From contig CAZYCQ010000018.1 of NCBI GenBank assembly GCA_964645535.1, positions 1 through 33,502 of the forward strand: DNA of 33,502 nt, in the 5' to 3' direction. This document shows, one piece after another, positions 29,204-33,502 of the stretch. Each line of letters starts with the position of its first letter. The stretch's first letter is position 1. The notes beneath the pieces were generated by a model, which was given only the letters and a program-made list of their open reading frames with translations, made no database searches and was not told where the DNA came from. This DNA is from an uncultured archaeon. GTDB lineage: Archaea; Asgardarchaeota; Heimdallarchaeia; Heimdallarchaeales; Kariarchaeaceae. A program made the position numbers and the translations under genes.

Positions 29204-32119
29204 ATGTCAATTTCCCTTCCCCATGCTATCCCTCTTGATGAATTGTTGTCTCAGCTCCATACTGACAGGCGATCTGGTCTAAACCTCCAAAAAGTAAGGG
29301 AACACTACCGGAAATATGGGGAAAACGAAATAATCACAAAATCTCCCAGCATTTGGAAGATATATCTAGCCCCGCTTTTTGATGTTCTTATCACCATTTA
29401 CCTGATCATGACTGGATTTTTGGTCATTCTGGCGATCTGGTATCCGCCAATTCTTGGCCAAGTTCTTTTTTGGCTTTCAATTATCGCCTTCAACATGGCA
29501 ATCGCTATTTTTCAACAATTTCGTGCTCAGAAGAAACTAGATGCCTTACGTAATCTTTCACCACCCAAGGCAAAAGTCATCAGGGAAGGAGTTGTGTCTG
29601 AAATTGATGCCAAATTTCTTGTTCCGGGTGATCTTGTTATCCTTGAATTAGGCGACCGGGTTTCTGCGGATATGAGAATTCTTTCATCCGTCAACCTCAC
29701 GGTTAATGAAGCATCGCTTACTGGAGAAAGCAAGGCAGTAAACAAGGTTGAAGATGGCTCTATCCGACTGCCTGAAGACACCCCAATTGCCGAAAGAAAG
29801 AATATGCTCTATATGGGAACCTTCATACAAACTGGAAATGCTAGAGCGATTGTCTGTAACACCGGCAATGACACTGAACTTGGATCCATTGCCCAAGAAA
29901 TTTCTGAAATGCAATCATTGGAAATTCCCTTGCGAAGCAGGGTTAATGCCATTGCAAAAAAACTTGTGGCTGTCATGCTTGTCCTTTTTGTAGCCTCAGT
30001 TATCTTTAAATTCTATATCCGAATTACCCACCATCTTCCCATGACTCCAGAAGCCATCTCCCAAGATCTTGTTCAGAGTATTATCACAGCTATGTCAGTG
30101 ATGCCAATCAACATCCCACTCCTGACAACAATAATCCTCATCACGGGTGTTGTACGTATGGCTCAGGAAAATGTAATCGTCAAGGAACTGTCCGTAATCG
30201 AAACCTTGGGGCGGACATCTGTTCTGTGTTCTGACAAGACTGGAACCATGACCACTTCAAAAATGGCTGTTTCACGGATCTGGGATACGGAAAACTATTA
30301 TGCCGTCAAATTTGATGAAATTGGAACCGTTTCAATCTATCAAATCGATGAGACCATGAAACGGGATGCAACAGAGCTTGAACAGTTCCTCTTTACTCAA
30401 ATGAACCAAGTACCGAGAGATTCTGCACTTGAACTTCTCCTCACTGCAACAACTCTGAATAATGACGCCAATCTGATCATTGAGGATGTCTACGGTGAAA
30501 AGGGCTTGAATCTCTGGGAAGCCGTGGGAAATGCAACAGATGCCGCATTTCTTATCCTGTCCTACAGATCCGCTTTAGATCAGGATTATATCCGAAAGAG
30601 GTATGTCAAACTTCGTGATTATCCTTTCAACTCAACCGTCAAAAGGATGACCAAACTTTTCCATGATACCCTCGAAAATGACTACATGGTATTTTCTAAA
30701 GGAGCTGCTGAAGTTCTTCTTCCCCGATGTTCCCAAATCGGCAATGAAGGACGTCGAAAGGTTAGGGAATTGGGAAATGAAGAAAAAGAGGCTATTCAGA
30801 AGGATATTGATAGCTTTGCCAACCTCGGCTACCGTGTGGTTGTAGTTGCCTATAAAGCAATTGATTCCATCCCTGAATTTGCAAATCCTGATGAAGAACG
30901 CAATTGGATGGAAAGTGATTTGACCTTTATAGGATTTGCATGCCTTTTGGATCCTCCTCGTCCTGGTGTTAAAGAAGCTGTCCGAAAGCTTGACGAAGCT
31001 GGGATTTTTCCCATCATGATTACCGGTGATTCTCCAAAAACAGCTTCGACAATTGCAGCACAGGTCGGCATCCTTGACCCTGATGAAATAGTCATTGAGG
31101 GAAAACAAATTCCGAAACTGTCCGAGGAGGACTTTTTCAAAGTTTCTGTTTTTGCTAGAGTTTCCCCGCAGGACAAGAAGATCATTGTGGATAAATATCA
31201 AAGAAGAGGTGATGTGGTTACTATGACGGGCGATGGCGTCAACGATTCCCTAGCCATCACCCGTGCAGATGCAGGTGTTGCCATGGGAATCACAGGAACT
31301 GAAGTAACCAAAGAATCTGCCGACATTATCTTGGCTGATGATTCGTATGTAAGCCTTGTCAAGGGTGTTGAGCAGGGCAGATCTCTCTTTGAAAAAATCC
31401 GGATGGTGATCTTCTTTTTCATTGCAGTAAATATTGCTGAAGGTATCGTTTACTTCTCCACTTCTTTTCTTCCTGGTTTTGTGTTGCTCAATAATGCCCA
31501 AAGAGCGTTTATTTTTTCAATAATGCATGGTATCCCTCCAGCAGTCCTGATCTTTGATTCCATGGATAAGGACATCATGAAGCTCAAACCTCGGCAACAC
31601 GATGCGGTGATCAACAAACGGCTGTTCATGGCAATGCTCTCTTTCATTCTGCCCTTCTCAGCAATATTGATCGGTATCTATTTTTTCAGTTACAACGAAT
31701 ATATCCCCCTAACTCAAGTCAATTTGCAAGGCATCACTCCAATATTGCAAACTGATGGGTCTTCTCTTCATCCAACCTCATATTCGCAAGCTAAGGCACG
31801 AACCATGTTGATCGCTTCAATCTACTTGACAGAATCCCTTTTCATCTTCTCTATTCGGAGAATCAACCAATCATTCCTTCAATCTGTAAAGGATGCTTCT
31901 ATCTTTGTTTGGTTCATGGTGGTCTTTGGCCCTCTCATCCTGCTTATTACTATGTATTTCACTCCCATTCAAATTATTGCTGCTGAGCATGGTTTCAGAG
32001 TGGATTTATTGTGGCTTGGCCCTATGGACTGGTTAATTTGCTTATCGCTTGCTGTTATCCCAATCATTGTGCTTGAATCTTTCAAATCACTTATGCGTAA
32101 ACAAGAAGTTCAATTCTGA
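29204..32119 (+). CDS. P-type ATPase, P2-like architecture with non-canonical transport site
   Basis: YGENEI, LVPGD, LTGES, CSDKTGT, KGAAE, DPPRP, MITGD, FARVSP, MTGDGVND. TM4 reads PINIP. Start is ATG 29204 or 29165. Confidence 0.95.
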   Translation: MSISLPHAIPLDELLSQLHTDRRSGLNLQKVREHYRKYGENEIITKSPSIWKIYLAPLFDVLITIYLIMTGFLVILAIWYPPILGQVLFWLSIIAFNMAIAIFQQFRAQKKLDALRNLSPPKAKVIREGVVSEIDAKFLVPGDLVILELGDRVSADMRILSSVNLTVNEASLTGESKAVNKVEDGSIRLPEDTPIAERKNMLYMGTFIQTGNARAIVCNTGNDTELGSIAQEISEMQSLEIPLRSRVNAIAKKLVAVMLVLFVASVIFKFYIRITHHLPMTPEAISQDLVQSIITAMSVMPINIPLLTTIILITGVVRMAQENVIVKELSVIETLGRTSVLCSDKTGTMTTSKMAVSRIWDTENYYAVKFDEIGTVSIYQIDETMKRDATELEQFLFTQMNQVPRDSALELLLTATTLNNDANLIIEDVYGEKGLNLWEAVGNATDAAFLILSYRSALDQDYIRKRYVKLRDYPFNSTVKRMTKLFHDTLENDYMVFSKGAAEVLLPRCSQIGNEGRRKVRELGNEEKEAIQKDIDSFANLGYRVVVVAYKAIDSIPEFANPDEERNWMESDLTFIGFACLLDPPRPGVKEAVRKLDEAGIFPIMITGDSPKTASTIAAQVGILDPDEIVIEGKQIPKLSEEDFFKVSVFARVSPQDKKIIVDKYQRRGDVVTMTGDGVNDSLAITRADAGVAMGITGTEVTKESADIILADDSYVSLVKGVEQGRSLFEKIRMVIFFFIAVNIAEGIVYFSTSFLPGFVLLNNAQRAFIFSIMHGIPPAVLIFDSMDKDIMKLKPRQHDAVINKRLFMAMLSFILPFSAILIGIYFFSYNEYIPLTQVNLQGITPILQTDGSSLHPTSYSQAKARTMLIASIYLTESLFIFSIRRINQSFLQSVKDASIFVWFMVVFGPLILLITMYFTPIQIIAAEHGFRVDLLWLGPMDWLICLSLAVIPIIVLESFKSLMRKQEVQF

Positions 32120-32631
32120 CTCTGTTCCCTTGTTTCCTTTTCCCGTAGCATTGTTGATGATATTTTATTGCCTCTTTCGTCAGTGACCCATTGGATGGTG
32201 TAAATGAATAACGGCTTCAATCCGTTTTCCTTTCTCATCTGATTGATTTTTTCTGCTGCAGGATATGTCTCTTCTGATACCACGATCAGGTCTGCCTTTT
32301 CGTCATAAGGGGCAGGGCCCCAAGGATCCTTCAATTCATCAACTATGGCTCTCGCCTTAAATTGGGATAGGTATTCTTCAACTTTTGCTTTTCTGACTCG
32401 ATACGGCTGTATCTTATCTCCATGGCGTTTCTTGGCAAATAGACGCCTTCCAAGTTCTTCCCCAACAACGCCTACAAAAACCTCTCTTGCCAAATGAGCT
32501 GCTGTTTTGAGAAGAAGGCGGTGTGCGGCATGTAACCTATCGAATGTCCCTCCCATCACGCATTTGCTGAATGGTTTCTCCGAATTGTCTACCTCTTGCT
32601 TCAAAAATTTTTCATAAGAATCCTGCAACAT
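32110..32631 (-). CDS. coaD: Phosphopantetheine adenylyltransferase (archaeal/eukaryotic type)
   Basis: GGTFDRLHAAH, DPWGPA, IVVSEET, INQMRKENGLKPL, KISST. Confidence 0.92.
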   Translation of the reverse strand: MLQDSYEKFLKQEVDNSEKPFSKCVMGGTFDRLHAAHRLLLKTAAHLAREVFVGVVGEELGRRLFAKKRHGDKIQPYRVRKAKVEEYLSQFKARAIVDELKDPWGPAPYDEKADLIVVSEETYPAAEKINQMRKENGLKPLFIYTIQWVTDERGNKISSTMLREKETREQSQN

Positions 32632-32654
32632 CTAGCAGTTCAATCTCGTTTATT

Positions 32655-33122
32655 TTAATCCGTCGTTATAAGCCCTTTGAGAATGGCCAGACCAATTGAA
32701 AGCGTTCCGATAGACCCTATATCTCCAACAGGGAGTTGCACCGATCTTCCCATGTCCAAGTCTTTTCTGGATAGGCCTGGATCGCTTCCTCCGAATACAA
32801 TTGCATATTTTCTCCCCTTGATTTGTTCTGCTAGATTTTTATCCAATTTCTCTTTTCCATAGGGTGGTGGTGCAACAAGAATCACCTCTTCAGGAGAGAA
32901 AAGATCAACTACATCCTGTAAAGAATATAGAACCAGAAAATTTGCACGTTCCTTAAAGGCCAATTTTTGAGCCGCAGGCACCCCCTTCTGTGCCGCAGAC
33001 CCTTGAGCCTGTGAAATAACCATAGTTTTGTATCCAAGTCCCGAGGCAATTCGAACAAATTCCGTACAACGACTTGAAGAGCTTATGTTATGCATAACCA
33101 CGATCGGCCATATGTCTTCCAT
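32655..33122 (-). CDS. DUF2122/COG4080-like SPOUT-fold protein
   Basis: VVMHNISSSSR, GSAAQKGVP, LQDVVDL, IVFGGSDPGLS match my recollection of this archaeal family. Confidence 0.75.
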   Translation of the reverse strand: MEDIWPIVVMHNISSSSRCTEFVRIASGLGYKTMVISQAQGSAAQKGVPAAQKLAFKERANFLVLYSLQDVVDLFSPEEVILVAPPPYGKEKLDKNLAEQIKGRKYAIVFGGSDPGLSRKDLDMGRSVQLPVGDIGSIGTLSIGLAILKGLITTD

Positions 33123-33216
33123 ATCATTCTCTTAATAGGATCATTTATGAGAGATAGGGTTGGTCACATTCATAAAACATCCCTCAGTTACTTTTTCTTG
33201 TTACCTAATTTAATTC

Positions 33217-33224
33217 TTATATAC
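33217..33224 (+). promoter_or_regulatory. Putative TATA box for the 5S rRNA precursor
   Basis: TTATATAC predicts a start near 33247-33251, exactly where the structured leader begins. Confidence 0.6.
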
Positions 33225-33278
33225 TATGGCAATTTGATTTGATATGTAAGATCAACTACGGTTGATATCCGGAGGGTT

Positions 33279-33420
33279 CTCCCACCAGAGAGTTAAGCCC
33301 GGCATCGGACGACCCATGTACTGATTTCCGCGAGGGATCGGGAAAGGCGTCACGCTGTGATACGATCACGGTCATAGAGCCGGTGTGCACCCAGAAACAT
33401 TCCGAACCTGGATTTGGGAG
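33279..33420 (+). other. Bulge-helix-bulge processing motif formed by the leader and trailer of the permuted 5S
   Basis: CTCCCA(33279-84)/TGGGAG(33415-20); bulge ATT(33412-14); central 4 bp CCAG(33285-88)/CTGG(33408-11); bulge AGA(33289-91); GTT(33292-94)/AAC(33405-07). Confidence 0.85.
33291..33413 (+). rRNA. rrf: 5S rRNA, circularly permuted (3' half 33291-33361, ACG linker, 5' half 33365-33413)
   Basis: 5S hallmarks GGTCATAG, CACCC, CCGAAC, AGTTAAGCC, GTACTG and GGGAA. Helix I ATCACGGT/GCTGTGAT; helix II GAGCCGG/CCGGCATC with bulged A; helix III CCAG/CTGG; GACGACC/GGCGTC; CTGATTTCC-GCGA-GGGATCGG. Confidence 0.9.
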
Positions 33421-33447
33421 TGACCTGTCCCCGCAAAGGTGCTTTCT

Positions 33448-33502
33448 CCAGAGAGTTAAGCCCGGCATCGGACGACCCATGTACTGATTTCCGCGAGGGA
33501 TC
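33448..33502 (+). rRNA. rrf: Start of a second 5S unit (3' half), truncated at the window end
   Basis: Exact 55-nt repeat of 33285-33339, period 163 nt. Confidence 0.85.

Noticed and set aside
29204-32119. Calling the ATPase a true P4 flippase
   Set aside because: It has TGES rather than DGET and an overall P2 layout. Only the TM4 and TM6 resemblance is supported.
33256-33480. 74-aa minus-strand ORF
   Set aside because: It is antisense to the 5S locus and has no protein motif.
33285-33502. 55-nt direct repeat as a CRISPR array or mobile-element terminal repeat
   Set aside because: Only two copies with a 108-nt gap. Repeat and gap are explained by 5S rRNA structure, and no cas, integrase or transposase gene is present.

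Overview
This is a gene-dense archaeal window. It is probably from an Asgard/Heimdallarchaeia-like organism; that assignment is my inference from the archaeal uL3-uL4-uL23-uL2 genes, GGTGA Shine-Dalgarno (SD) sites, TATA boxes, an arrestin-fold protein and an LRR protein. Left to right it holds: a truncated arrestin-fold gene that the ORF track misses, a SAM methyltransferase, tRNA-Gly(GCC), a DEDDh exonuclease, an orphan chemoreceptor, a GT2/nucleotidyltransferase/methyltransferase/GT-C group, a nucleoside phosphorylase, P5C dehydrogenase, a peptide ABC operon with inserted membrane genes, a two-subunit methylmalonyl-CoA mutase, NadM, a short ribosomal protein operon, an LRR protein, an unusual P-type ATPase, CoaD and a DUF2122/SPOUT-like protein. 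The main finding is at the right end: a circularly permuted 5S rRNA gene, with the 3' half before the 5' half and helix I closed by a 3-nt loop. Its flanks form a perfect bulge-helix-bulge (BHB) splicing motif, which predicts a 123-nt circular 5S RNA, and a second copy starts 163 nt later. Other notable findings are an AUU start codon and leader hairpin for uL3, a P2-like ATPase with PINIP in place of PEGLP, and an arrestin plus zinc-ribbon protein. All family calls come from recognising motifs by eye; no searches were run.
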